This document shows positions 36,490-46,387 of a DNA stretch of 64,000 nucleotides, in pieces (within the stretch, counting starts at the first letter, position 1; each line of letters opens with the position of its first letter). Location of the stretch: positions 184,575-248,574 of the IMG/VR virus record IMGVR_UViG_3300009011_000001. One strand, written 5' to 3'. The notes under the pieces were generated by a model. That model did not search any database. It was given only the letters and a program-made list of their open reading frames with translations, and had not been told where the DNA came from. The translations under genes were made by a program, and so were the position numbers.

Positions 36490-37374
36490 TTAAGGTGTAG
36501 GCGGAATGGTTTTCAGAGTCGGGATCGAAGCAGTACCCAACAGAGGAACCTGGTTACCCACGTCGAAGCGGATGGTCAGGTTCTGGTCGTTCATGTACAC
36601 AGCTTTGTAGTCGGCTGCGAACGCGTAGACCTGGGTGCAGATGGATTCGTTGAAGTTCACAGTGCCCTGAGTGGAGGTCACTTGAATTACGCGGTCGGTA
36701 CCGGTGCAGAGACCGAACTCGGAGATGATCGCATAACGCTCGTCACCGCCATTCATGATCTTGGAGACGTTGACGTATTCGGCCACGTCGTTTTCGCTCA
36801 TGACCACTTCGAGAATGGCTTTAACAGCAATCTTCACATCGCTGGTGGTGACAGCGCCGGCTACCGGCAGAGTGATCGGATCAGGATAGAGGTTGGTCGT
36901 ATCCGGAACGAACGGCTCCTCTTTCACCTGGCCATTTTCAGTGGTGATCTTCACCATGGTCACGTTCACATCATCCGGATCGATGTCGACACGCAGACCG
37001 TAGTAGGCGAAGTAATTCACGTTCGCGACGGTGATCTGTTTGCGCAGAGCGTAACGCTGACGCTGTTCCAAAGGAATGTCGTCGTCGATGGTACGCATGC
37101 AGAATGGCACTGGGCCAAACAGCGAGGCGTCGGTCGCCATGTGGTTCTGCGGACTGGTCAGAGCAATGCCCTTGTTGCCAGTAACACCGATGTGGCCTTC
37201 GTTACCAGCGATGAGGATGCCCATGCGGAACTTGTCGGTCGCAGTCGGCGCCGCCGAAGGTTCAATGTCCAGACGCTCGTTCATCGTCGAGTGGTTGTCG
37301 ATGACCGGAAGTTTGCCCAGCAGCATGTGAATCAGAATCTTGGCGCCATACGCCGTAGCTTGTACCGTATTCAT
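36490..37374 (-). CDS. Conserved virion structural protein (baseplate candidate)
   Basis: PVPFCMR...YALRK...YFAYY pattern as recalled for phiKZ-like structural proteins. Confidence 0.65.
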   Translation of the reverse strand: MNTVQATAYGAKILIHMLLGKLPVIDNHSTMNERLDIEPSAAPTATDKFRMGILIAGNEGHIGVTGNKGIALTSPQNHMATDASLFGPVPFCMRTIDDDIPLEQRQRYALRKQITVANVNYFAYYGLRVDIDPDDVNVTMVKITTENGQVKEEPFVPDTTNLYPDPITLPVAGAVTTSDVKIAVKAILEVVMSENDVAEYVNVSKIMNGGDERYAIISEFGLCTGTDRVIQVTSTQGTVNFNESICTQVYAFAADYKAVYMNDQNLTIRFDVGNQVPLLGTASIPTLKTIPPTP

Positions 37375-37383
37375 GGAGAACCC

Positions 37384-38424
37384 TTAATGACTGAAGAGTG
37401 GGAGGACCGAGGACTGGTTGAAAGGATTGTTGCCGGGCACTTTACTGCTGGCGTACTTATAACCAATCTTGATAATGCCTGTCAGGTTGTTGCACGCATC
37501 GCCCAGCTCAAGTGCTAAAACCCAGTTGTAACCGGCGTTCTCCAGCGATTGATCTTTCGATACAAAACCGTTGTAGAGAACCTTCGCACCAAAGAGGTTG
37601 AAGGGGGCGACTTCAAGAACGGCCACCCATTTATCGCCGGTCAAAATCGACAGAATCTCTGGCAGATAAGGGGCGATGCTGATCTGCCCACCGACTGGCA
37701 CGCTATTCAGCAGACCTTGCACGGCATGCCGCTGCGCGAGATCCGGAAACTGCTCACGGCTTACATAGAGTTCGCCTTTAGGGATCAGCAGATCCACAGG
37801 CGGAAGGTCCATGTTACCGTCGGTGTAGAACTCACGCAGATCCAACAGCGAATCAATCGGATTACCAAAGCTCTGGATTGCTCGGCGCGTCTGCACTTGG
37901 ACTTCGCCAAAGAAGATCAGGTGCGTCTGCTTAAACGTAAGCTTGTAGTTGCGGTTATCCAGATAGCCAGGCGGTGGCATCTCGATCGGTGGTTGTGGTT
38001 CTTCATCCTCGCCCTCAAAAGCAGGGATGTCGGTAACCGGTGTGATGTCGGGGAACGATTGGCTGATCAGTTCGAGCGTGATGAACTCAGGCTCAATGAA
38101 GAGGCCGTATTGCTCAAAGATCGCGTTACAGATATCGACGTCGGTGTAACCAGCAACGTAGATACTGATCGGCTGACCCCGCAAGAAGAGCGAAGGCTCA
38201 ACCCGCATGTAGGCCATGATCTCCTTCTCATCCGACCAGCCCATTTCTGGCGCAAAGCTGACCTCGATTTCAGTGAGACCAGTTTCGTCCATCGTGCTAG
38301 GATTACCGAAGACCAATTGGTCTGGTCTCAGAGCACGGTTGTTGTGCTCGTTGATGTAATCCACCAACAAGTCTTTACTCTTCTTTCCAAACCGGCCCAA
38401 TCGTGAATCTCGCCGATGTTGCAT
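37384..38424 (-). CDS. Virion fibre-family structural protein (two-domain type with insertion)
   Basis: LVFGNP, YMRV, FNLFGAKVLYNG...YNWVLALEL. Confidence 0.75.
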   Translation of the reverse strand: MQHRRDSRLGRFGKKSKDLLVDYINEHNNRALRPDQLVFGNPSTMDETGLTEIEVSFAPEMGWSDEKEIMAYMRVEPSLFLRGQPISIYVAGYTDVDICNAIFEQYGLFIEPEFITLELISQSFPDITPVTDIPAFEGEDEEPQPPIEMPPPGYLDNRNYKLTFKQTHLIFFGEVQVQTRRAIQSFGNPIDSLLDLREFYTDGNMDLPPVDLLIPKGELYVSREQFPDLAQRHAVQGLLNSVPVGGQISIAPYLPEILSILTGDKWVAVLEVAPFNLFGAKVLYNGFVSKDQSLENAGYNWVLALELGDACNNLTGIIKIGYKYASSKVPGNNPFNQSSVLPLFSH

Positions 38425-38443
38425 TACTTATCCCTCGACGTGG

Positions 38444-39022
38444 TTACTCAGCGGAATACGTCAAACCGTCCATGGACGGATTCGGAATGACGACACTGAG
38501 AGGCACGTCTTGACCGAAGTCAGGCGCCCACAGGCCGTTGAGAATGTTGTTTGAAAATGCCTCGGCCAGCTCCAATGTTTCAGCCGGTTCTTCCAGCATT
38601 ACTGTCGTTTCGCCTACCCACCTCAACGAACTAGCTTTGGCCTTGAGCTGAAAGCTCGGGCCTTCCACTAAAGCGTTTTCGAAATCATCGTCGGTGATCA
38701 CTAACCCTGAGGCAAGCGCGAGATTGTTCATCACGCCCCGAACAGTGACAGGGGGTGAGACTTCTAACGACATGCCTGCAAAGTAGTCCGCCACATGAAT
38801 CCGGTGGTAACGGTACTTCATCGACCCGGTGTAACGAGTCTCGATGTATTCGTCAATCGAATCATGCGCAGTGAAAGTGACTTCTGTAACTGTCTCGTCA
38901 ATGGCAACGGGAGCACTTACCGAGACGCCCTGAGGCATCATTCGCAGATTGAGGTGGTTGTTGGCCAGAATCAGCAATGCCACGGCTGGATCGTATTTCA
39001 ATAACCGTAGCGTGTCAGACAT
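38444..39022 (-). CDS. Virion fibre-family structural protein with duplicated C-terminal motif
   Basis: YHRIHV, SLRWVG, AFSNNILNGL then VIPNPSMDGLTY. Confidence 0.75.
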   Translation of the reverse strand: MSDTLRLLKYDPAVALLILANNHLNLRMMPQGVSVSAPVAIDETVTEVTFTAHDSIDEYIETRYTGSMKYRYHRIHVADYFAGMSLEVSPPVTVRGVMNNLALASGLVITDDDFENALVEGPSFQLKAKASSLRWVGETTVMLEEPAETLELAEAFSNNILNGLWAPDFGQDVPLSVVIPNPSMDGLTYSAE

Positions 39023-39042
39023 GGTGTTATCCAATTAAAGGC

Positions 39043-39996
39043 TTAGACCGTTCGGTTGTACTCAACCAGAATCGAACCGACATAAGCTAATGAGTTACTG
39101 TGAAAGTTCACAGCTACCTTTTGCTTGCTGTTCAAAGCTTGATTTGGCATCAGCTCAGGCATGATGTCGGCTGCAGTGATCGTACATCCCATTAAGCCGG
39201 ATAGAGGCCCTGCAAGCTGAGCGGTGTTCGAAAGTGCAGGTCCTGCGATCTTCAGAGCGTTACGGAAGGTCTTCGGAAAGCTACGGCGCTGGTACGTTGC
39301 GTAGAACGAACCCACGTAAGGGAAACCATTGAAGGTCAGCAGCACTCGCGTGTTGTCGCCGTCATGGTCCGGCCCCATCTGTTCAGGCAAACCAATCGTC
39401 ACCATGTTCGCCAATACAGCTTTAGGCAGACCAGGGTTAGACAGGTTCAAGTGCATGATCAGATCGCCCAACACAGTCGAGGATTTGAAGTTCGACGTGA
39501 AGGACAGCGTGTACGTCTTGTTTCGAACCAGCGTTGTGATTTCCAGAGCCTGACCACTGATCGTCATCGTCATCGAACCGATCCAACGATACGATTCTTC
39601 AGCAGCCAAAATCTCTGCAGCGCCCAGCTGCGTATAAACAGCTGGGACTACATCGTCATCGTCCAGCACGATTTCTCGTGGGCTGAACAAGGCTCTCAAC
39701 AGATCGGAAGAACCAGTTGGCAGTTGGCTGGGCAGCGAGGTGTTCATTCCCTGAACAAAGCTACCCAGATCCAGTCTGTCGTATTCGAACATGAAACCGC
39801 CAGTGCGGTCCCACAGTTCCACCGGCGCTCGCTTCTTGTCGATGGTGGCAAAGATCTGAGTACGAAGACCCCCGAGCGACACAGGCTTGTCGATCTTCAG
39901 ATGGATGGCCTTCAATGGCGCTCGTACTTGTTCTTGGATCTGTGCCCTGACTGCATCGAGCGGGTGCATTTTCAATAACGTTTCCGGTGCGATCAT
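39043..39996 (-). CDS. Virion fibre-family structural protein with two tandem N-type domains
   Basis: YDRLDL...SYRWIG then YQRRSF...SLAYVG. Confidence 0.75.
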   Translation of the reverse strand: MIAPETLLKMHPLDAVRAQIQEQVRAPLKAIHLKIDKPVSLGGLRTQIFATIDKKRAPVELWDRTGGFMFEYDRLDLGSFVQGMNTSLPSQLPTGSSDLLRALFSPREIVLDDDDVVPAVYTQLGAAEILAAEESYRWIGSMTMTISGQALEITTLVRNKTYTLSFTSNFKSSTVLGDLIMHLNLSNPGLPKAVLANMVTIGLPEQMGPDHDGDNTRVLLTFNGFPYVGSFYATYQRRSFPKTFRNALKIAGPALSNTAQLAGPLSGLMGCTITAADIMPELMPNQALNSKQKVAVNFHSNSLAYVGSILVEYNRTV

Positions 39997-40012
39997 CTCG
40001 CCTCCCTTTTAC

Positions 40013-42316
40013 TTACAGGCCAAGAAAAGCAAGCCTGCGATTATTCGTCAAGGCGTCATAACCACTGAGCTGCGATCCAATAACCAGATCAGACAAGTCT
40101 TTCGGCACCATCGGACTGTAACCACCAATGCCATCCTGAGTCAGCGTCGACAAGTCGACAATGTCATCAGGAATAACACGGAACACCGGCATCGGGTTTT
40201 CAATCGGCTGGAAGGTTTCGACCATGCCGAGATACCTGACATTGACAAAGGCCGGAATTTCAACCATGTGTTCCGACGTCGAGGACGATAGACGGAAGTA
40301 AGGCGTAGAAACCGGGATCTCCATCGTCGTTACGTGATCTTCCTCAATGTTGAGGATGGTCGGCAACGGGTTTTCGATGTCGATGGTTTGCTCTGTCTTG
40401 ATATCTGGTAGAGACAGCTTAGGGAACTTGCCGTCGATGATCTTGATCGGACTGTCGTTAATCTGAGCAATAAACTGCACAGAGTAAGAGGACAATGCTT
40501 CCATGATCCGAATCATCGCCGCGTGAATGTCCCGCATGCGGAGCGTGACACCCAAGTCAGCACCTGTGGCTATCTTGAGGATCTCGTTCGCCATCGCGGT
40601 GAACTCAACCTGCCCCATCGAGCTGATGTCGATGCCAACTTCTTCAAACCACTCGTCGTACGTCTTCGGAGCACCCAGGTCAATGCGAACGTCCTGGTAG
40701 CAGCGATCGATCATTGCGTGCAGCGTACCTTCGGTTTTGTAGTCGCCTTGGTAGTGGCGCATGTCACGCAGAGCCAGCATGTTTTTGTGGATCTCGATGC
40801 AGGTCTCACGGAACGATTCGATACTGACGTAAGAGGTGATCGGAACCTGCTTATCCAAGATGTAATCAATGAAGTAATCAGGAACACGACGCTCCGTGCC
40901 CATGCCGCGCAGTTCTTCAAACGTAGGCAGCGTCAAGCCGGTGTAAGGACGACTGCCCGCAAGTTTCGCAGGAGTCATTCGAACTACACGGTTAGCGCCC
41001 AAGACTGGTAGGTACGGCAGCTTTTGGTTATTGGCTGCGTTGTAGGCATAAAGGAAGAAGATGAAAGCATTTTCCATGGAGAGCTTGTAGACGTCTCCAT
41101 TGGAAGGGTTTGTCACAGCAACAATCGATTTGTACAGACCAAAGTGCGAGAAATAAATCCAGTGGTTCAGCAACACATCGGACAGCGTGAACGGCTCTGC
41201 GTCGGTACGGTCAACGACGTTGGATTCAAGCACTTTGGTTTTGAGGCCAATGAACTTGCTATTGATCGCCCGCTTGGTGTAATCGATAACCACGTCATCG
41301 CGAACGATTGGGTTGTCGCGAGCCTCACCCAATTCCATGTCCAGCATCTGACCTACGTCTTTGGTCGCATCGCCCGCTGCGGCGTCAATGCCGTTGAGCG
41401 TGTAGCGATTGAGTTTGACGTAAGGCGTGAGGTTCTGAACTAGATCCTCGTAATCGTGATCGACACGATAGCCAGACAGGTTGTAGCCACGGTCAGTCAG
41501 GATATGATCCGTGACCAACTCGAGAATCTCCTGACGGCCCAGGTTGCGGTTCAGATACTTGATGTTGCGATACAGCCACAACTTCTGCTTCTGAGTCATG
41601 TAGTCGAATTCTTTACCGACTGCACTAAACGAAAGCAGGTATTGACGAATGTGGTAGCTGTGCGCCTGATCGGTGCGGCAGGCTGCTTTACGGATGTTGA
41701 TGATCCACGGCACGATGCGGGTTTGCAGTACCATGAACAGACCGGGGTAGAAGTACGGTTCAAACAACGTGTAGTCGATGTTGTAGAAGCGAACAAAATA
41801 ACGGAAGATCCGGTCTTGCAATTCGGAGATCAGGCGCTGCTCACCGGCCTCGACCAACGTCTTATCGTAAAATAAGATAGTATGGTCATCAGCCGTAAGG
41901 GCTGACTCTATGTCGATTGGGTTTACAATCCCTTTAATCAGAGCAATCTGATCGGGGTACGCCTTAAGAAGGTCGTTGTAAAACTTTGTGCCATAGACGT
42001 ACTGGCGTTTTGTACCGCGGTGGACCTTGAGGTTCTCCACGGTGAAATCGATCACTTCCTCAGTGTCGAGCGAGATTACCTGCATCCGGGACTGAGTACC
42101 ACCAGACAATGCTTTAATCTGATCGATGTCACGTTGGTGGTACTGACCCGAAAGGTTCAGGTAATACTTCCACGAGTAAGGATCGTCCGGATCGACTTTG
42201 TAACCGAGTGTCTGCAGCAGCGTATTAACGGCTGAAACCTCGTACTCGCTTTTGATAATCAGCGTTGCCGCCAAACTCAAAATGCTTTTGATATAGAGCC
42301 GATAATAGGCGTTCAT
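40013..42316 (-). CDS. Large virion structural protein (phiKZ gp128-like; baseplate candidate)
   Basis: WKYYLNLSGQYH, LWLYRNIKY, KTKVLES; divergent from the portal gene. Confidence 0.7.
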   Translation of the reverse strand: MNAYYRLYIKSILSLAATLIIKSEYEVSAVNTLLQTLGYKVDPDDPYSWKYYLNLSGQYHQRDIDQIKALSGGTQSRMQVISLDTEEVIDFTVENLKVHRGTKRQYVYGTKFYNDLLKAYPDQIALIKGIVNPIDIESALTADDHTILFYDKTLVEAGEQRLISELQDRIFRYFVRFYNIDYTLFEPYFYPGLFMVLQTRIVPWIINIRKAACRTDQAHSYHIRQYLLSFSAVGKEFDYMTQKQKLWLYRNIKYLNRNLGRQEILELVTDHILTDRGYNLSGYRVDHDYEDLVQNLTPYVKLNRYTLNGIDAAAGDATKDVGQMLDMELGEARDNPIVRDDVVIDYTKRAINSKFIGLKTKVLESNVVDRTDAEPFTLSDVLLNHWIYFSHFGLYKSIVAVTNPSNGDVYKLSMENAFIFFLYAYNAANNQKLPYLPVLGANRVVRMTPAKLAGSRPYTGLTLPTFEELRGMGTERRVPDYFIDYILDKQVPITSYVSIESFRETCIEIHKNMLALRDMRHYQGDYKTEGTLHAMIDRCYQDVRIDLGAPKTYDEWFEEVGIDISSMGQVEFTAMANEILKIATGADLGVTLRMRDIHAAMIRIMEALSSYSVQFIAQINDSPIKIIDGKFPKLSLPDIKTEQTIDIENPLPTILNIEEDHVTTMEIPVSTPYFRLSSSTSEHMVEIPAFVNVRYLGMVETFQPIENPMPVFRVIPDDIVDLSTLTQDGIGGYSPMVPKDLSDLVIGSQLSGYDALTNNRRLAFLGL

Positions 42317-42349
42317 GGTTTAATACCTGATCTTTTAGGAGAGCAGTTG

Positions 42350-45172
42350 ATGGAAAACGAAAATGGACGTGGATCCTCTCGCGTCGAACGATTCAAAGAC
42401 ATCTCGGAGGCTGACCAACGGGTTGTCGACCGGCTGACTGCTGACCGAATGAATCCTCGCCGGACTGGCGGTCGGGATGTTGATACTGCCGCACTGAACG
42501 CTGTCTTCAGACGGACGCTACGCGAAACCACGGACATTGCAAACATCTTCAAAATCATGCCTGACCTTAACCTCCCTCGGGAGATTTTGATCAGTGCGGT
42601 TGTGGCACCAGGGGATCTTGCAACCACCAGCCTGCTCTTTAAGAACAACTGCGGTAACGACACACCTCTGACCGGGGCCATGGTCGACCTGCTTTACGAT
42701 CACTTCGTAAACGAACAAAAGATTGAGCGTAAAGTCGCCAGCTGGATCGACGACGCTTTGATCATGTCGGGCTCTCACCCAATCATGATTCTGCCTGAAG
42801 CTTCTATCGACCGTCTTGTTCGAGGCGAAGATTCTCAGGCATCGATGGAATCCGTCAACCATTTCGGTGGCGAATGGGAGAACAAGTGGTTCAAACCTAA
42901 GGGCATTTTCGGCCTGCAGGTAACCGGCCAAACCGATAACCACTACATGAGCCTTGAGTCTGCTCGCACCCGGGTAAATACCCAAGAGATGCTGGACTAC
43001 CATACCATCAAGGTTGCGACTCCGCAGAAGACGCAACTCAAGCTACCTATCCGGGTAACTGACAACTTGGTGGCGTTGCGGACTCCAGCCGTCCAGAAGG
43101 TCCGTGCAGCTCGCGCACTGGAAAGTGTGTACGGAACACCGGAACTCGAATCGCGTCGCCGTGCTCGCCGTCAGAAGGAGCACAACGAAGACGTTGCGAA
43201 TGGCCTTAACCCTAAGGACCGTAAACGCAAGAAGACAGATCAGCAGATCGGCGATCAGGCCGTCTTCAATCGTTTCTTCCGTGCTCCACAAAAGGCATCG
43301 AAGAACCGTCTGGAAGTTATCCCGACGTTGAAGCAAGTAGGTGGCAAGACTGTCGGTCACCCGCTGGTCTATCACCTTGCTGCTGAATCGGTAATGCCGG
43401 TCTTCGTTCCAGGTGACCCAACTAACCACTTGGCGTACATCGTTGCGCTGGGCGGTAATGGCTATCCGGTCTCGTTTACTTCGGCACTGGACTTCTACGA
43501 CGACATCCGTAAAGGCACTGTGTCTGGTGCGGATCAGGTAGGTTCGGCTTCTCAAGTAGCTGGCGAACTCCTGAACATGTCGAAGGAGACTGTCGAAGGC
43601 GGTATCGCTAACGCAAGCGATGCAGTGATCGATCGTCTGGCCAGCATGCACGGTGACATGATTGAAAGCGACATCATCTCCCGTTTGAAATCGGGTATGT
43701 TGGGTGGCGACTTCGAGCTGTCCCGTACTGACCACATCGACCGCATGCTGATGGCGCGCACCTGCCGTAACCAGCTGACCACCCTGCTCTACGTTCCTGC
43801 AGAGCTGATGGTTTACTGGGCCTACGACTACAACGAGTACGGCATCGGCCGTTCGATTCTGGAAGACGCCAAGACTCTGGCTGCACAACGTGCTGCCGTG
43901 ATCATGGCTTCCGTTATCGGCATGACCCGTAACGCGATCCCTGGCAAGAACATCAAGCTGACCCTGGATGAAAGCGACCGCGATCCTGTTGCGGCTGCGA
44001 CCTTCATGGCCAGCGAAGCCATGGCGTTGGCGTTCAACCAGTTCCCTCTGGGCATCAGTTCCCCTCAGAGTCTGGCTGAGCAACTGCAGATGTCTGCGTT
44101 CTCTCTGTCGGTAACGGGCAACCCTCGTTATCCAACTGTGGAGACCGAGATCACTGCAGCTGAAAGCTCCTACAAGCCCGTTGACACCGACTTCCTGCAG
44201 CAGCTGCGTGCTGACCTGGTTCGTGTGTTCAGCCTGACACCAGAGATGGTAGACGGCGTTAACCAGGCTGACTTCGCCACCAGCATTGTTCGTCAGTCGG
44301 TGATGTTGCTCAAACGTGTGATGGTACTGCAGGGTGACACCAACCCTCAGATCTCTGACTACGTGCGTATCTTTACTCTGAACTCCGGTCTGCTCATCGA
44401 TTCGCTGATGGACCTGATTGAAGAGAACCACGAGCACATCCCTGAAGAGTTCTCTGACGATCCTGAAGGCTTCCTGGAACGTTTCATGAACCAACTGACG
44501 GTGAGTCTGCCGGAAGTGGTGACTGACTCGATGAGCAAGCAGATCGAGATCTTCAAGGAATACGAAGAGAACCTCGACGAGCTGCTCGCTGCCTACATCA
44601 AGGAAGAGTACTTCGACGGCTACATGGACGAAATTACTCAGGCTGGTCTGGAAAGTGCCAAAGCTGCGTGGAAAGGTCGCGAGCTTCGCCGCTGGATGCG
44701 TGAACGCGGCCTGTTCCGTGAACTGGATATCTTCGGCAGCGATGAAGAAGGTAGTCCACTGTTCAAACTCGGTGAGGAAATGGCCGGCTACTCCAAGTCG
44801 GTTATGGCAGCTCTCAGCGAGTACGCCAAGAAGGCAGCTATCGGCGCAGCCAAACGTAAAGGCGATGTCAAGAAATTGGCAGAGCTTGATGCTAAGGCTA
44901 AAGAAGCTCTGGCAGCTGGCGGTATGGAAACTGAGCAAGAGGAAGGTGAGCTTGGTGCTCCAACCGATCTCAATGATGGGCTCGACAATGATGCAGCGAA
45001 TGACCAAACCGATCCGCTGAACGATGGCGGTGACGATCTGAATCCACCGGAGCTTGATGCGCCGACGGACGATGACGCTGCACCAAAGGATGAGAACTCG
45101 GATAACAAAGACAACGCTGATAAGGACCTCAGTCCCGACACCAGCGATGACCTGAGTCCTCCGACAGTCTAA
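42350..45172 (+). CDS. Portal protein (phiKZ gp129-like)
   Basis: IMPDL...ILISAVVAP, G.GRSILED; S/A-x-E sites; acidic C-terminal tail; gene order. Confidence 0.65.
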   Translation: MENENGRGSSRVERFKDISEADQRVVDRLTADRMNPRRTGGRDVDTAALNAVFRRTLRETTDIANIFKIMPDLNLPREILISAVVAPGDLATTSLLFKNNCGNDTPLTGAMVDLLYDHFVNEQKIERKVASWIDDALIMSGSHPIMILPEASIDRLVRGEDSQASMESVNHFGGEWENKWFKPKGIFGLQVTGQTDNHYMSLESARTRVNTQEMLDYHTIKVATPQKTQLKLPIRVTDNLVALRTPAVQKVRAARALESVYGTPELESRRRARRQKEHNEDVANGLNPKDRKRKKTDQQIGDQAVFNRFFRAPQKASKNRLEVIPTLKQVGGKTVGHPLVYHLAAESVMPVFVPGDPTNHLAYIVALGGNGYPVSFTSALDFYDDIRKGTVSGADQVGSASQVAGELLNMSKETVEGGIANASDAVIDRLASMHGDMIESDIISRLKSGMLGGDFELSRTDHIDRMLMARTCRNQLTTLLYVPAELMVYWAYDYNEYGIGRSILEDAKTLAAQRAAVIMASVIGMTRNAIPGKNIKLTLDESDRDPVAAATFMASEAMALAFNQFPLGISSPQSLAEQLQMSAFSLSVTGNPRYPTVETEITAAESSYKPVDTDFLQQLRADLVRVFSLTPEMVDGVNQADFATSIVRQSVMLLKRVMVLQGDTNPQISDYVRIFTLNSGLLIDSLMDLIEENHEHIPEEFSDDPEGFLERFMNQLTVSLPEVVTDSMSKQIEIFKEYEENLDELLAAYIKEEYFDGYMDEITQAGLESAKAAWKGRELRRWMRERGLFRELDIFGSDEEGSPLFKLGEEMAGYSKSVMAALSEYAKKAAIGAAKRKGDVKKLAELDAKAKEALAAGGMETEQEEGELGAPTDLNDGLDNDAANDQTDPLNDGGDDLNPPELDAPTDDDAAPKDENSDNKDNADKDLSPDTSDDLSPPTV

Positions 45173-45422
45173 GTGTTTACGGATGGGTTTCGGCCCATCC
45201 GTTTATGCTGTTGTATTTACTTACTTTTTGGTTATGTATATCTATGTGCAATCGACTCGTTCGGCTCTGGGTAGGGCTTCTATATTTAAATATAAAGGGC
45301 AGGGGGTAACCCTGCCTCTATGCTGTAAAGTAACAAACGACAAAGGTTAGTGATGTAATGTCTAGGAGTAAGTCCTGAAGGCATCTTAGGCGAATTCCAT
45401 CTATCTAATCGGAATAACAACC

Positions 45423-46226
45423 ATGAGCAAAGTAGAACTGAGTCCAGCAGTACGCAGCATGATCAACGCACCATCGGGAACGCTGATCTTCGATAATCCA
45501 TTCGAGAACAGTCATTTTGTAATCAAGTCTGTCGATCAGCACAATCCAATCGAAAGCATTCCAAACTTTGGGCTTATCGTAATTGATAAGAATACCCATC
45601 GATCCTATCACTGCGTGTTTCGTGTATTTGAACGTCGTGTGGATTGGAGAGACATCCATCTCTCAAAAGCAATCATGGCGACCGTAGAAGAATTCAAAGA
45701 GTATCTCCTCAAGCACGGTTATACTTACGAGGAGTACTGCTTCGATCCAAAGCACCACATCTCAACTCTCCAGCGCAGTCATCAACTGGCCGGACTCCTG
45801 CGTTCTTTGACAGGTACTTTGGATTTCAATGTCCGCAGCAAATTCGCCTCACCGAAGAACAACAAGCTTTTTGATCTTTATCTGAGCTATGACAAACTGG
45901 TCCGTGCCTATAAAGCCAGCACCATCGGCACGTTTAGCCACACGCTTGACCCAACCCGTGCTGGCGTCTGCTGCCCTAAAGGCATCGTCACGTATCGTGG
46001 CGAAGACTACGTGTTCTACTTCGATTCTGATTCCCGGGTCGATCTCAGTCAGTATGCCAACGACACCCACATGCGCATGGACATCATGAACAAGTTCGAA
46101 GAGAACTGGGCGTTCAGTCGCGATGTAATCAAGTGGGAGTTCTTCTCGAAAGAGTTCCTCGAGATGAGTCTTGTGGATGCCTACAAGAATCGCTACAAGT
46201 TTCTTCCGAAGGTAGCAGAAGAATAA
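45423..46226 (+). CDS. Hypothetical protein
   Basis: 267-aa ORF flanked by hairpin-TATGC elements. Confidence 0.8.
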   Translation: MSKVELSPAVRSMINAPSGTLIFDNPFENSHFVIKSVDQHNPIESIPNFGLIVIDKNTHRSYHCVFRVFERRVDWRDIHLSKAIMATVEEFKEYLLKHGYTYEEYCFDPKHHISTLQRSHQLAGLLRSLTGTLDFNVRSKFASPKNNKLFDLYLSYDKLVRAYKASTIGTFSHTLDPTRAGVCCPKGIVTYRGEDYVFYFDSDSRVDLSQYANDTHMRMDIMNKFEENWAFSRDVIKWEFFSKEFLEMSLVDAYKNRYKFLPKVAEE

Positions 46227-46277
46227 GCGATACGCACACCGGCTACGGCCGGTGTGTTATGCTGTATTGAACAAAAA

Positions 46278-46292
46278 GATAGTCACACATTG
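46278..46292 (+). promoter_or_regulatory. Putative early promoter
   Basis: AGTCACACATTG core shared with 62606. Confidence 0.5.
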
Positions 46293-46387
46293 TAGTCTCG
46301 ATGTACACCTGACGAAGGTTATCATCAAACCCTAAAACTACGATCTGACGAGAACACACACTCTAGGATCAGCACAAGGAAAGAACA

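Noticed and set aside
46305-46385. Two CTGACGA motifs suggesting a hammerhead ribozyme
   Set aside because: No correctly placed GAAA after stem II and no stems I/III.
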